Shown here one piece after another: positions 47,511-56,326 of a stretch of 64,000 nt of DNA. Each line of letters begins with the position of its first letter. Positions within the stretch are counted from its first letter, which is position 1. The DNA lies in IMG/VR virus record IMGVR_UViG_3300021431_000075, positions 352,001-416,000 of that record, one strand, 5' to 3'. The position numbers were made by a program, and so were the translations under genes. The notes under the pieces are model-generated. The model had not been told where the DNA came from. It ran no database searches and saw only the letters and a program-made list of their open reading frames with translations. The stretch comes from a virus (Duplodnaviria; Caudoviricetes).

Positions 47511-48556
47511 TTAAGAATATTGAATTGTTAAGAAAGAAGTCTCCGGATTTTATTCGGAAGTTTTTCTCAGGCTGTACGGTTGAGGAGAAGATTGACACAT
47601 ATTATGTATGTGTTGAAATCGCATCAAAGAACAATGTATTTTTTAAGAAGTCGTCAGGCAAGGTTATAGACCGTAGTGACTTGATTGTCAATGAGATGTG
47701 GCAACGGTTTGTTAATGACTGGAAGCATCTGCAGCTTGTGAATGATGACTGGTTTGAAGAGCATATCGGCTATAAGTTCCATATGTTCTATTTTCCTTGT
47801 TCGAAACCTATTCTGACACAGTACCCTGACAATATATCGTATATTATAGACAGAGTTGAGTTCAACAACGTTATTGTTGAAGATGCGGAGAGCGTGTTTA
47901 GCGGAATGAACATGGTTGACAAGTTCAACATCGCGTTTAAGCATCTTCTTGTTAAGAAGGATGATATATCAGAACCGGTAGATGGCTTCATAAGCGGAAG
48001 CGGCGAATTGTCGGAATATGCAAAGGGTATCATCGATTTCGACAAGTCTGTTATATTTGCTACAGAGAAACCGGAAGGTTTCATTTTCAAGTACGGAAAG
48101 AAGCACATATACCAGACGTGTTCGAATGATGATGCTCGTGTGGCAAGCGCGGAAAAAACTCAGTATGAGTATCTTCTTGTAAATTTCACCAAGTTCTGGA
48201 ATTCTGACGAGAGCGTTGTTGATTGCTTGAACCAAAGTTATACGAAAAGTGTCTGCAATTTGTTTAACAAGTTCATTGCGAAAGAAAAAGAGACAAAAGA
48301 GATTGAGAACAACATAGATGCATCAAGTCTTGAGAGTCCGTGTGTTGGGAAGCGCTTTGATATTTGCTATGTGAATATTCCGGATGAGCAGAGTGTTGCT
48401 TTGTGCAAGGAGTCTGAACTGTACAAGAACATCTTCAAGATACTGCTCATCAATCTTAAGAGAACGAAGGATATGGAGCATAGCATAATGTTTACAAAGA
48501 AGAATATAGAAGACTGGAATATGATTGTCAGGACTATACAGAATGTTTGTGTCTGA
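47507..48556 (+). CDS. Hypothetical protein, possible ligase/nucleotidyltransferase-like fold
   Basis: VEEKIDT and PEGFIFK resemble ligase motifs I (KxDG) and IV (EGxxxK), degenerate. Confidence 0.45.
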   Translation: MIKNIELLRKKSPDFIRKFFSGCTVEEKIDTYYVCVEIASKNNVFFKKSSGKVIDRSDLIVNEMWQRFVNDWKHLQLVNDDWFEEHIGYKFHMFYFPCSKPILTQYPDNISYIIDRVEFNNVIVEDAESVFSGMNMVDKFNIAFKHLLVKKDDISEPVDGFISGSGELSEYAKGIIDFDKSVIFATEKPEGFIFKYGKKHIYQTCSNDDARVASAEKTQYEYLLVNFTKFWNSDESVVDCLNQSYTKSVCNLFNKFIAKEKETKEIENNIDASSLESPCVGKRFDICYVNIPDEQSVALCKESELYKNIFKILLINLKRTKDMEHSIMFTKKNIEDWNMIVRTIQNVCV

Positions 48557-48584
48557 AAGACAGAACTTTTTATTTTTGGCTTGG

Positions 48585-48624
48585 AACTGTCGGAGTTGCC
48601 ATTTGGTTGACTCCGGCGGTTTTT
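48585..48624 (+). terminator. Intrinsic terminator
   Basis: ctgtcggagt / actccggcgg plus T run. Confidence 0.7.
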
Positions 48625-48635
48625 GTTTTTAGATA

Positions 48636-48653
48636 GATAAATATCTTATAATA
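48636..48653 (+). promoter_or_regulatory. Late-type promoter, extended form
   Basis: GATAAATATCTTATAATA. Confidence 0.7.
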
Positions 48654-48693
48654 CAAAAAGCTATGAAATGTATTTTTCATTTTATTCAATCTA

Positions 48694-49230
48694 ATGGAAG
48701 CAAGATACTATAACGAAACGACTGCGATAATCGATCCGTCATATGGCGGCTATCCTATATATGTTCAGGATTCTTCTACTCCGGAACCAGAAGAAGGAAC
48801 AAAGGAACTTGATGTCTGGAAGCATTATGGTCCATGTTCCGCACAGATTGATATCAAGTCTGTTGCTTGGCAGTTGTCAAACAATCCTCAGTTCCCGCAG
48901 TCTCCGACAGTTTCTGTTGAAGAACTTAAGAAAGGAGAGCCTTATACTTATAGAGAACTTAAGGATGCAAGAGAGTCCGGTGGTGATAGTGGCGGCGGTG
49001 GTGACAAGCCGTCCGGAGGTGGCGATTCGTCAGAAGGTGGCGGTGGAAGCGTTGACCCGTCCGGTGGCGGAGATATTCCTCTTGGAAATGGTTCGAAGAT
49101 AGTATACGACAAGGATAAGGGTTATTACTATGATGTTTTGAACGGAACTTCAAACGATCCGAGCAACATGGGATATGACGAGAACAATAACGGCATCCCT
49201 GACTTGAACGAGTGGAGTGTTATACATTAA
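48694..49230 (+). CDS. Late protein with Gly/Ser linker
   Basis: SGGG repeats; C-terminal DENNNGIPD Ca-binding-like loop. Confidence 0.7.
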   Translation: MEARYYNETTAIIDPSYGGYPIYVQDSSTPEPEEGTKELDVWKHYGPCSAQIDIKSVAWQLSNNPQFPQSPTVSVEELKKGEPYTYRELKDARESGGDSGGGGDKPSGGGDSSEGGGGSVDPSGGGDIPLGNGSKIVYDKDKGYYYDVLNGTSNDPSNMGYDENNNGIPDLNEWSVIH

Positions 49231-49238
49231 TTAAAAAA

Positions 49239-49271
49239 AAGAAAGTTCTCATTAGAGATGAGAACTTTCTT
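49239..49271. terminator. Bidirectional terminator
   Basis: Perfect 14-bp stem aagaaagttctcat / atgagaactttctt. Confidence 0.75.
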
Positions 49272-49321
49272 CCACAAACAATCGAAACAATGAATGCATG
49301 GAAAAACAATTCCATGATTTT

Positions 49322-49756
49322 CTATTTATATAGTTCGTCAAGCATTTCAACCAAGCTTTCGAAGTAACTGTCGCTTAAGTCTTCCAGATCGAAAGCATAG
49401 CCAAATGCCATAAATTCTTCGATATTTCTCAAAGCGGATTCTTTGTCCATGTCAAGGCATTTCATATATATCGGAAGAAGTCTTTTTGTGAACTCGAACC
49501 TTTGTTCTTTTGACCAAGTGTTCTTTTGGAACCATTTGTCGTCATTCTGCATGATGTTGACAAGTTCATCATATGGCTGTTCGTTCCCTATGAATCTCCA
49601 CATAGCAAATATTGTCGAGTATAGCAGGCTTTCTGTGTCATAGAAACATTCCAAGAGTTCAGGAGTCATTTCAAGAGCTTCCAGTTCTTCCAGTGTGTAA
49701 ATGTCAATATCAAACGTATATTTTGTATTGGGATTTGTTATCGAGATGGTTGTCAT
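49322..49756 (-). CDS. Hypothetical protein
   Basis: 144-aa ORF with own promoter motif. Confidence 0.75.
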   Translation of the reverse strand: MTTISITNPNTKYTFDIDIYTLEELEALEMTPELLECFYDTESLLYSTIFAMWRFIGNEQPYDELVNIMQNDDKWFQKNTWSKEQRFEFTKRLLPIYMKCLDMDKESALRNIEEFMAFGYAFDLEDLSDSYFESLVEMLDELYK

Positions 49757-49784
49757 GTGCTTGATGTGACAGATTTTCTACCGA

Positions 49785-49815
49785 AGTATACTGTTAAAAA
49801 TATAGAAAGTTTAAA
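49785..49815 (-). promoter_or_regulatory. Phage promoter TTTAAAC-N17-GTATACT
   Basis: AGTATAC-N17-GTTTAAA on + strand, oriented toward 49756. Confidence 0.75.
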
Positions 49816-49829
49816 AAAGTTGCATATTA

Positions 49830-49860
49830 TTTAAACTTTCTCTGCATTTTCTTGTAAAAC
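49830..49860 (+). promoter_or_regulatory. Phage promoter variant TTTAAAC-N17-GTAAAAC
   Basis: Divergent partner upstream of 49880. Confidence 0.55.
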
Positions 49861-49879
49861 ATAATGTACTTATTGTCTT

Positions 49880-50692
49880 ATGCTAATGAATTTAGATGAA
49901 AATGAAAGTTTGAATGCTGTTGTTGCTAAATTCTTTTATGTATATCAGTCGATACCAATAGAGAGTTTCAGAAACAGCATTACATATGAGTCGCTTGTTG
50001 ATGAGAGTTTCATTGGCAAAGTGCATAGTGAAGAGTTTCCGCTTGCCGCAAAGATGTCGTTTGTAAGAAAGTCGGATGCTGATAATGAATTTGTCGGTTT
50101 TTATCCGGTATTTTTTTATGATGCACAGACGATTGGTTTGTCTGGTCGGTACTACAATACACAAAAGGGCATATATAAGAACATCGGTCCCGCGCATGAT
50201 TCAGACGAGTTTGTCAAGTGTCTGGAAATGCTAAATAATGATAAGGAAAAAGACATATATGACTATGTCACGTACTCGATGAGAATTGATTCCGGTTTTT
50301 TGATGACTTATCAGGATGCAGTGTCTAATTTCAACGAGATGTTAAAAACATATCCGAAACTTCCGTTGATAAGATGCATGGATGATGCGGAGCATCTTGG
50401 AACCAAGCTTGAAATCGCGGTTGAGTATGTTATAAACCCTTATGTTTTCAGCGGAATCGCGGTCAAGATGTACTCGCTTTCAGAAGAAAGCGGTTCCGTG
50501 AAGAAGCATTACTTTCAGTTAAGTCCTGAAATGCTTTCGCTTTCGTTGTTTGGCGGATGGGAACCTATTAATAAGGTTCGTGTTGGCAAGGCACTGGATG
50601 ACATTAGGAAATCCATTGCAAAGAAACGTGGAAACGAGGATGAGATTTTGGAAACGATTAAGACATTGACAGATGAGGATAGAGATAAGTGA
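49880..50692 (+). CDS. Hypothetical protein
   Basis: 270-aa ORF. Confidence 0.75.
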   Translation: MLMNLDENESLNAVVAKFFYVYQSIPIESFRNSITYESLVDESFIGKVHSEEFPLAAKMSFVRKSDADNEFVGFYPVFFYDAQTIGLSGRYYNTQKGIYKNIGPAHDSDEFVKCLEMLNNDKEKDIYDYVTYSMRIDSGFLMTYQDAVSNFNEMLKTYPKLPLIRCMDDAEHLGTKLEIAVEYVINPYVFSGIAVKMYSLSEESGSVKKHYFQLSPEMLSLSLFGGWEPINKVRVGKALDDIRKSIAKKRGNEDEILETIKTLTDEDRDK

Positions 50693-52280
50693 TGATTATT
50701 CTTCATTCTTGCGCTTGAGTTCGGATTTTCCGAAAGAGATTTCTGTTGTCAGGACCGCTTTGACTACAGAGATTCCAGATGCTTGGCTCTTGAAGAAGAT
50801 GGGCAGCGTAAAGAATACGGAACGGTGCTTTATGAGTGTATATAACACCGTTTCTGTTGGCTTGTGGCTTTATATACTGAAGATGTGCAAGAGATATGAC
50901 ATTCCGGTTGAGCTTTCGGAAGGAATGAAGACATATATCAACTCTTTCCAGTTTGATTTTGACAAGTTCAACAAGTATGTTGATGACTTGTTTGAGGGTG
51001 CTGTAAACGAAAAGGGAAATCCGTTCAAGCCATATGACTACCAGATTGATGCCGCATATAAGCTTCTTAAGTACAAGAGATGTTGTGGAGAGCTTTCTAC
51101 TTCATCCGGTAAGACGCTTATATCGTTTGTCATTTTCAAGTATTTGCTTGATGTTGTCAAGGTTAAGAAGATTCTGTATATAGTTCCGAGTGTTGATTTG
51201 GCGGAGCAGTCTGCATCGCAGTACCAGAACTATGAGAGTTTTTTGAAAAAGCACACTTCTGTTTGGGAAGCCGGAATATTGCGTTCCGGTCTCAGGAAGA
51301 AGGAGAGAGCGAAAGTTGATTCTTGTAACATATTGTTCGGAACGTATCAGAGCCTGTGTAAGAAGCCTGTCGAGTTTTTTACGGACTTTAATGCCCTGAT
51401 TATAGACGAGTGCCATCACACGTCTGCTACAAGCATGATACACATCATCAATAAGATGTACAATCTCAAGTATTCTATCGGAGTGACTGGAACTTTTCCG
51501 AAAGACGGCTTGTATGAGAATCTTGTCATTCAGTCATATGTAGGTCCGGTTGTTCATACCTTGTCTGCCGACGAATTGATTAACAAGGAGAAGCGCGGAA
51601 CGCCTATATATGTAATTATGCAGTATCTGGATTGGGCGTCTCTGGAAGACAAGAAAGCGATGTGGTTGATTCGCTCGAATAAGGATCCTGAAGATATAAA
51701 TGCCGGAGCGAAGGTGTTGAAGATGGAACAGAAGTTCGTGAATAGTTCATATACTCGTCTGAAGTACATTTGTGATTGCGCGATAAAGACAAAGAAGAAC
51801 ACGCTGGTTCTGTTCGGTGACATCAAGGGTGGATATGGCAGAAAACTCTATGACTATATCAAGGAGAACTCGGAAAAGAACGTGTTTTATGTCGATGGCG
51901 GCACGAAGCCGGAGAATAGAGAGTGGATGAAGGAACAGATGGAGCAGGATGTTGACGGAAACACTGTGATGGTTGCATCTATCGGAACTATGGGAGAGGG
52001 AATCGACATGAAGAACCTGTGGTGCATATTTCTTGTCAATACTGCAAAGTCAGAAAGAATCATCAGGCAGATTTGCGGTCGTGGATTGAGACTTTACGAG
52101 GGGAAGACAAAAGTCGTGCTGTTTGACTTTGTTGATGATATGAAGTATTCAGAGAACAAGTCGCAATATGAGAATTATATGATTAAGCATGGCAGAGAAC
52201 GGAAGCAAATATATGTGGAGCAGAACTTTCCTGTATATGAGCAGAAAGTTAGTTTCAATGTCGGTGAAGCGCTATTTTAA
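50673..52280 (+). CDS. uvsW: SF2 DNA helicase, T4 UvsW-like
   Basis: PYDYQ, LSTSSGKT, IIDECH, GVTGT, GEGID, QICGRGLR, FDFVDD. Confidence 0.9.
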   Translation: MRIEISDDYSSFLRLSSDFPKEISVVRTALTTEIPDAWLLKKMGSVKNTERCFMSVYNTVSVGLWLYILKMCKRYDIPVELSEGMKTYINSFQFDFDKFNKYVDDLFEGAVNEKGNPFKPYDYQIDAAYKLLKYKRCCGELSTSSGKTLISFVIFKYLLDVVKVKKILYIVPSVDLAEQSASQYQNYESFLKKHTSVWEAGILRSGLRKKERAKVDSCNILFGTYQSLCKKPVEFFTDFNALIIDECHHTSATSMIHIINKMYNLKYSIGVTGTFPKDGLYENLVIQSYVGPVVHTLSADELINKEKRGTPIYVIMQYLDWASLEDKKAMWLIRSNKDPEDINAGAKVLKMEQKFVNSSYTRLKYICDCAIKTKKNTLVLFGDIKGGYGRKLYDYIKENSEKNVFYVDGGTKPENREWMKEQMEQDVDGNTVMVASIGTMGEGIDMKNLWCIFLVNTAKSERIIRQICGRGLRLYEGKTKVVLFDFVDDMKYSENKSQYENYMIKHGRERKQIYVEQNFPVYEQKVSFNVGEALF

Positions 52281-52298
52281 GATATCTTTATCAAAAAA

Positions 52299-52306
52299 AA
52301 TAAATA
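52299..52306 (+). promoter_or_regulatory. Late-type promoter AATAAATA
   Basis: Precedes small virion-like gene and baseplate hub. Confidence 0.6.
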
Positions 52307-52323
52307 TCAAAAGAGTCATTTTG

Positions 52324-52650
52324 ATGATGGGTAAATATGAAAATTTGTACGAGGGCATAGACCTGAGCAACTATAATCCGCAGCAGATTATGAACGGCAA
52401 GAAGATTTATGATTATATTGTCGAGTCTGCCAATTTGGCCAAGGAGACGAATACTTCGATTGATGACAACATAGACGAGGGAATCTTGGGCGCGCTGATT
52501 GGAGCCGCTGCTGGTGCAACTGTAGCCCCGTCTATCATGAAGAGTATATGCAAGGTTCTTGGAATAACAGAGAATGGTGTTCTTGGAAGTTTATTGACAA
52601 GCCGTACTGTTTTGATGGCTATGTGTGCCGAGCTCGGTCTCCGTATGTAG
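52324..52650 (+). CDS. Small putative virion protein with glycine-zipper-like segment
   Basis: LYEG, IVES, IDE-GILGALIGAAAGA. Confidence 0.6.
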   Translation: MMGKYENLYEGIDLSNYNPQQIMNGKKIYDYIVESANLAKETNTSIDDNIDEGILGALIGAAAGATVAPSIMKSICKVLGITENGVLGSLLTSRTVLMAMCAELGLRM

Positions 52651-52676
52651 TTTTATGTTTTTAATTTTGTTTCATA

Positions 52677-53441
52677 ATGGCTAATAAGAATTTGCAAGGT
52701 ATATTGACCGGAGAAGTTGTGAGTGTAGACGATCCTACGTTTTCCGGGAGAATAAAGGTTCGTATAAAGGGCGTCAATGATGCAATCGAAGTCGAGAATC
52801 TGCCGTGGTGTACATTCGGCGGAAGCAGTGTGTTTTCTGGCGACGGTGGCGGCAGCATATCCATTCCGAGAGTCGGGACAAAGGTTCGTGTCAAGTTCAA
52901 GAAAGACGATCCGAACTCGATGGAGTGGGTTGGTACGAACAGAATAGACAGAGACCTTGCAGCTGAGCTTGCGCAGGATTATGAGGGAAGCCATGCTCTT
53001 TTGTATGATTCTGCAAGCGATTTGTCCATATTGTATATGAACAGCACTGGGTTGAGAATCTATTACAAGGGTTCTTTTATTCAGATAAGTCCCGATAATA
53101 ACATTACTTTGCATTACGGTGAAGGAAACCAGGGCGTGCAGATTCAGTTGAGCGAGGGAAAGATTGACATTCAGGCAAATTCGCAAATCAACATAACAAG
53201 CGACAATACAGTCAAGGTTGAGTCGAACACGATTGTGCTGGATGCTCAGCAGCAGGTCCAGATTAAGGGAGATGATGCGAACCGGGGAGATTGTGCGGTG
53301 AACGGGCGTGAGTTGATGAAGTGTTTGATGACGCTTGCAAGGCAGATTGACTTGAAGATTCCGGCAAGCGCGGGAGTAGCAAGCAATATAGTTACAGCCG
53401 CAAGAGCAAGTATTTTGAACGAACAGATTCAATATATTTAA
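52677..53441 (+). CDS. Baseplate hub/spike protein (gp5/gpV N-terminal OB plus beta-helix)
   Basis: GEVVSVDDPTFSGRIKVRI...LPW...SIPRVGTKVRVKF. Confidence 0.88.
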   Translation: MANKNLQGILTGEVVSVDDPTFSGRIKVRIKGVNDAIEVENLPWCTFGGSSVFSGDGGGSISIPRVGTKVRVKFKKDDPNSMEWVGTNRIDRDLAAELAQDYEGSHALLYDSASDLSILYMNSTGLRIYYKGSFIQISPDNNITLHYGEGNQGVQIQLSEGKIDIQANSQINITSDNTVKVESNTIVLDAQQQVQIKGDDANRGDCAVNGRELMKCLMTLARQIDLKIPASAGVASNIVTAARASILNEQIQYI

Positions 53442-53467
53442 ACTTTTTGCACAATATGTAGTATACT
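53437..53467 (+). promoter_or_regulatory. Phage promoter TTTAAAC-N17-GTATACT
   Basis: Recurrent motif upstream of metK. Confidence 0.75.
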
Positions 53468-53513
53468 TGTTTTGAAGGTTATTTGTTTTTCATTTTTAAG
53501 ATAAGAAAGAATC

Positions 53514-54803
53514 ATGAGTTATTTGTTCACATCCGAGAGTGTCTCGCAGGGACATCCGGATAAAGTTGCGGACCAGATTAGCGATGCTATCGTCGATCAG
53601 TTCTTGGCTTTTGACCCGAAAAGCCATTGTGCGATAGAGAGTGTTAATACGACCGGGCAGGTTTATGTGTTTGGCGAGGCAAAGTCAGATGCATACATCG
53701 ACATTCCTACCGTAGTCAGAGATACAGTCAAGAAAATCGGATACACGAAGTCATATGACTCGTTTGACTACAATTGCGGTGTCATTTGTGGTGTCCATGA
53801 GCAGAGTCCGGATATTGATATGGGAGTCAGTCGTGACGACGTAGAAAATCAAGGCGCTGGCGACCAGGGAATCATGTTTGGCTATGCAACAAATGAGACT
53901 GAGAACTACATGCCTGTTACTTTGTATCTTGCGCACAAGATTGTAAAGGAACTTGCTGTTATTAGAGAAGAAAACGAGTTGTATTGCAATGATGTTGATG
54001 TAGAGAAGCCGGTTATGTGGTACATCAGACCGGATGCGAAGTCTCAGGTTACTGTCGAGTTTGATGATGACACGAACAAGCCGATTCGTGTCAAGACCAT
54101 TGTTGTCAGTACGTCCCATGTCGAGTTTGACGAAGACGAAGCGATGCTGAATAAGATTCGCGAGGATGTTATCAATGTTCTGATGCCGCGTGTTATCGGC
54201 AAGTGTTCAAAGGGTGTCCAGAAGCTGTTTACGGACGACATCGAGTATTTTGTGAATCCGACCGGGAAGTTCACGATTTATGGACCGAACTCTGATGGTG
54301 GATTGACTGGAAGAAAAATCATTGTTGATACATATGGCGGTGTTGCTCCGCATGGAGGCGGCGCGTTCTCTTCAAAGAGCGCGGACAAGGTTGACAGGTC
54401 TGCCGCTTATATGACGCGTTATATTGCAAAGAATGCGGTGGCTGCTGGTGTTGCTGACAAGATGCTCATTCAGATTTCATATGCAATCGGCGTTGCGAAA
54501 CCTATCAACTTCTATGTGAATACATACGGAACTTCGCATGTTGATATGAGTGATTCAGAGATAGCAAGCAAGTTGAATGCTATGTTTGACTGCAGACCGT
54601 ATCATATTATCAAGGACTTAAGGCTTGACAAGCCTATCTATTTCGAGACAGCCGCTTATGGTCATTTCGGTCGTAATTATGAGGTTGTTCATAAGAAGTT
54701 CGAGAGCAAGTATATGGAACCGGTTGAAATGGATGTCGAACTGTTCACTTGGGAGAAACTTGACCAAGTCGATAGGATAAAGAAAGAATTTGCCTTGCGA
54801 TAA
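53514..54803 (+). CDS. metK: S-adenosylmethionine synthetase
   Basis: FTSESVSQGHPDK, GAGDQG, GLTGRKIIVDTYGG, HGGGAFS, TAAYGHFG. Confidence 0.98.
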   Translation: MSYLFTSESVSQGHPDKVADQISDAIVDQFLAFDPKSHCAIESVNTTGQVYVFGEAKSDAYIDIPTVVRDTVKKIGYTKSYDSFDYNCGVICGVHEQSPDIDMGVSRDDVENQGAGDQGIMFGYATNETENYMPVTLYLAHKIVKELAVIREENELYCNDVDVEKPVMWYIRPDAKSQVTVEFDDDTNKPIRVKTIVVSTSHVEFDEDEAMLNKIREDVINVLMPRVIGKCSKGVQKLFTDDIEYFVNPTGKFTIYGPNSDGGLTGRKIIVDTYGGVAPHGGGAFSSKSADKVDRSAAYMTRYIAKNAVAAGVADKMLIQISYAIGVAKPINFYVNTYGTSHVDMSDSEIASKLNAMFDCRPYHIIKDLRLDKPIYFETAAYGHFGRNYEVVHKKFESKYMEPVEMDVELFTWEKLDQVDRIKKEFALR

Positions 54804-54835
54804 GGCTATTCATTGCTTTTTATATTTTGGTTGGA

Positions 54836-54869
54836 GAGCCGCTGGACATTATTGATTCAGCGGCTTTTT
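54836..54869 (+). terminator. Intrinsic terminator
   Basis: gagccgctgga / ttcagcggctt plus T run. Confidence 0.75.
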
Positions 54870-54882
54870 CTGTAGTCTTGAA

Positions 54883-54890
54883 AATAAATA
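54883..54890 (+). promoter_or_regulatory. Late-type promoter AATAAATA
   Basis: TGAAAATAAATAT, same context as 10790. Confidence 0.6.
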
Positions 54891-54915
54891 TAGAAAAGCC
54901 TTTTTATTCTCTTTT

Positions 54916-56187
54916 ATGAGTGATTTTTTGTTTCCGGTTGTGAATGAAAGTCTATTGGATAGTGTTGGAGAAGATGAAGTTGATGATTCTGATTATGTCA
55001 ATGATGTCAATTTGATAAATCCTGACGATTATACATATGTTTTCACGTTTAAAGTCAGTGGCATAAATCCATCACAGGCTCATGATGGATATGAGAAGAA
55101 TATGAAAAGATATGTCAAGTTTGTTAATTTGTTGAAAAGAGAACTGGACAATTTCACTGATATTTATGAATTTAGTAATATTGTGTTTTATTCTTATAAT
55201 GGTGATAGTTTGGACGATGAGAAATCAAGAACAATTCATACATATGACAATATTGTGAATGTTTATTCTTCTGATGTTTATTATTCGGGCTATCGTATAG
55301 GAGATTATTATAAAAATTATAAAAATCCAGATCTAAGAGGCGGTTTTGCTTATGAGAGAGTTATCGGTTTCAAGTTTGGTGTAATTAAAGATTATCAATT
55401 TACAAATATTCCGCAGTTTTTCAGATTCTTTACAAGATTGTTCGATATAGTAGACTTTGTACTAATAAATGTGTGGCCGAAAGCAGTTTTGTCAGTTTTT
55501 CGTGAAGAAAATTTGAAGATGTATTTTTCATATGAAGATATTGAAAATTTCAAAAAAAGAGATGTGAAGATTCTGAACAAATTGATAAAGCCGTTTCATG
55601 TGTTTAGTGGAAAGAATCTGAAGAATCAATTGATTATGTATATGAATTATTATGCCGGCAATAACATAAGCGATAATATGATAACTTTGTTAAAGAGGTT
55701 GAAACTTGACAATAAGAAAATCAAGTATAATATTGATTATGAAAACAAATTGTTCGTAGTAGATTATGGTTCCGATAACAGAAGTAATGATTATATATGT
55801 AATTTGAATAAGTTAAAAACATATGTAGAAGAAGCGATGTTCAAAGAGACCGGCATACATGGATTCGGTGTAAAGATGAACAATTTTCCAAATGTGAAGT
55901 CGAAAGATATGAATAGACTTGATGATATAAAAGAATTTTGCAACATATTTGGAACAGAATTTAGAAATGTATATTTTTATTTTAATGAATGTGCGTTTAA
56001 TGGGTTTACAAAAATATCAATACTAAAAAATATAGATACTCACATTAGTGCATATTATGTTTCATTAATTGTTTATTGTACGCCTGATAGCATTGTTAGA
56101 AGACTTAATTTGCCTTCATTTACATATAAAAACAAAACTGATAATGCAATAGCGAGCAAAGGCATATATGTGAGAATTTATAAATGA
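54916..56187 (+). CDS. AT-rich hypothetical protein with shared N-terminal leader
   Basis: 423-aa ORF starting FPVVNESLLDSVGEDEVDD. Confidence 0.75.
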   Translation: MSDFLFPVVNESLLDSVGEDEVDDSDYVNDVNLINPDDYTYVFTFKVSGINPSQAHDGYEKNMKRYVKFVNLLKRELDNFTDIYEFSNIVFYSYNGDSLDDEKSRTIHTYDNIVNVYSSDVYYSGYRIGDYYKNYKNPDLRGGFAYERVIGFKFGVIKDYQFTNIPQFFRFFTRLFDIVDFVLINVWPKAVLSVFREENLKMYFSYEDIENFKKRDVKILNKLIKPFHVFSGKNLKNQLIMYMNYYAGNNISDNMITLLKRLKLDNKKIKYNIDYENKLFVVDYGSDNRSNDYICNLNKLKTYVEEAMFKETGIHGFGVKMNNFPNVKSKDMNRLDDIKEFCNIFGTEFRNVYFYFNECAFNGFTKISILKNIDTHISAYYVSLIVYCTPDSIVRRLNLPSFTYKNKTDNAIASKGIYVRIYK

Positions 56188-56266
56188 AAAGTCATAAATG
56201 CATTTTTTGTATAATAGTTTTTTTAAATCATAAATTTCATTTTGTTTTATTTTTTTAGGATTTGAA

Positions 56267-56297
56267 TTTAAACCGGACTGCATTTTTGTAGTATACT
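56267..56297 (+). promoter_or_regulatory. Phage promoter TTTAAAC-N17-GTATACT
   Basis: Recurrent motif upstream of clamp loader. Confidence 0.75.
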
Positions 56298-56326
56298 AAA
56301 ATGAGAATTTTTTATAGACTATTAAA

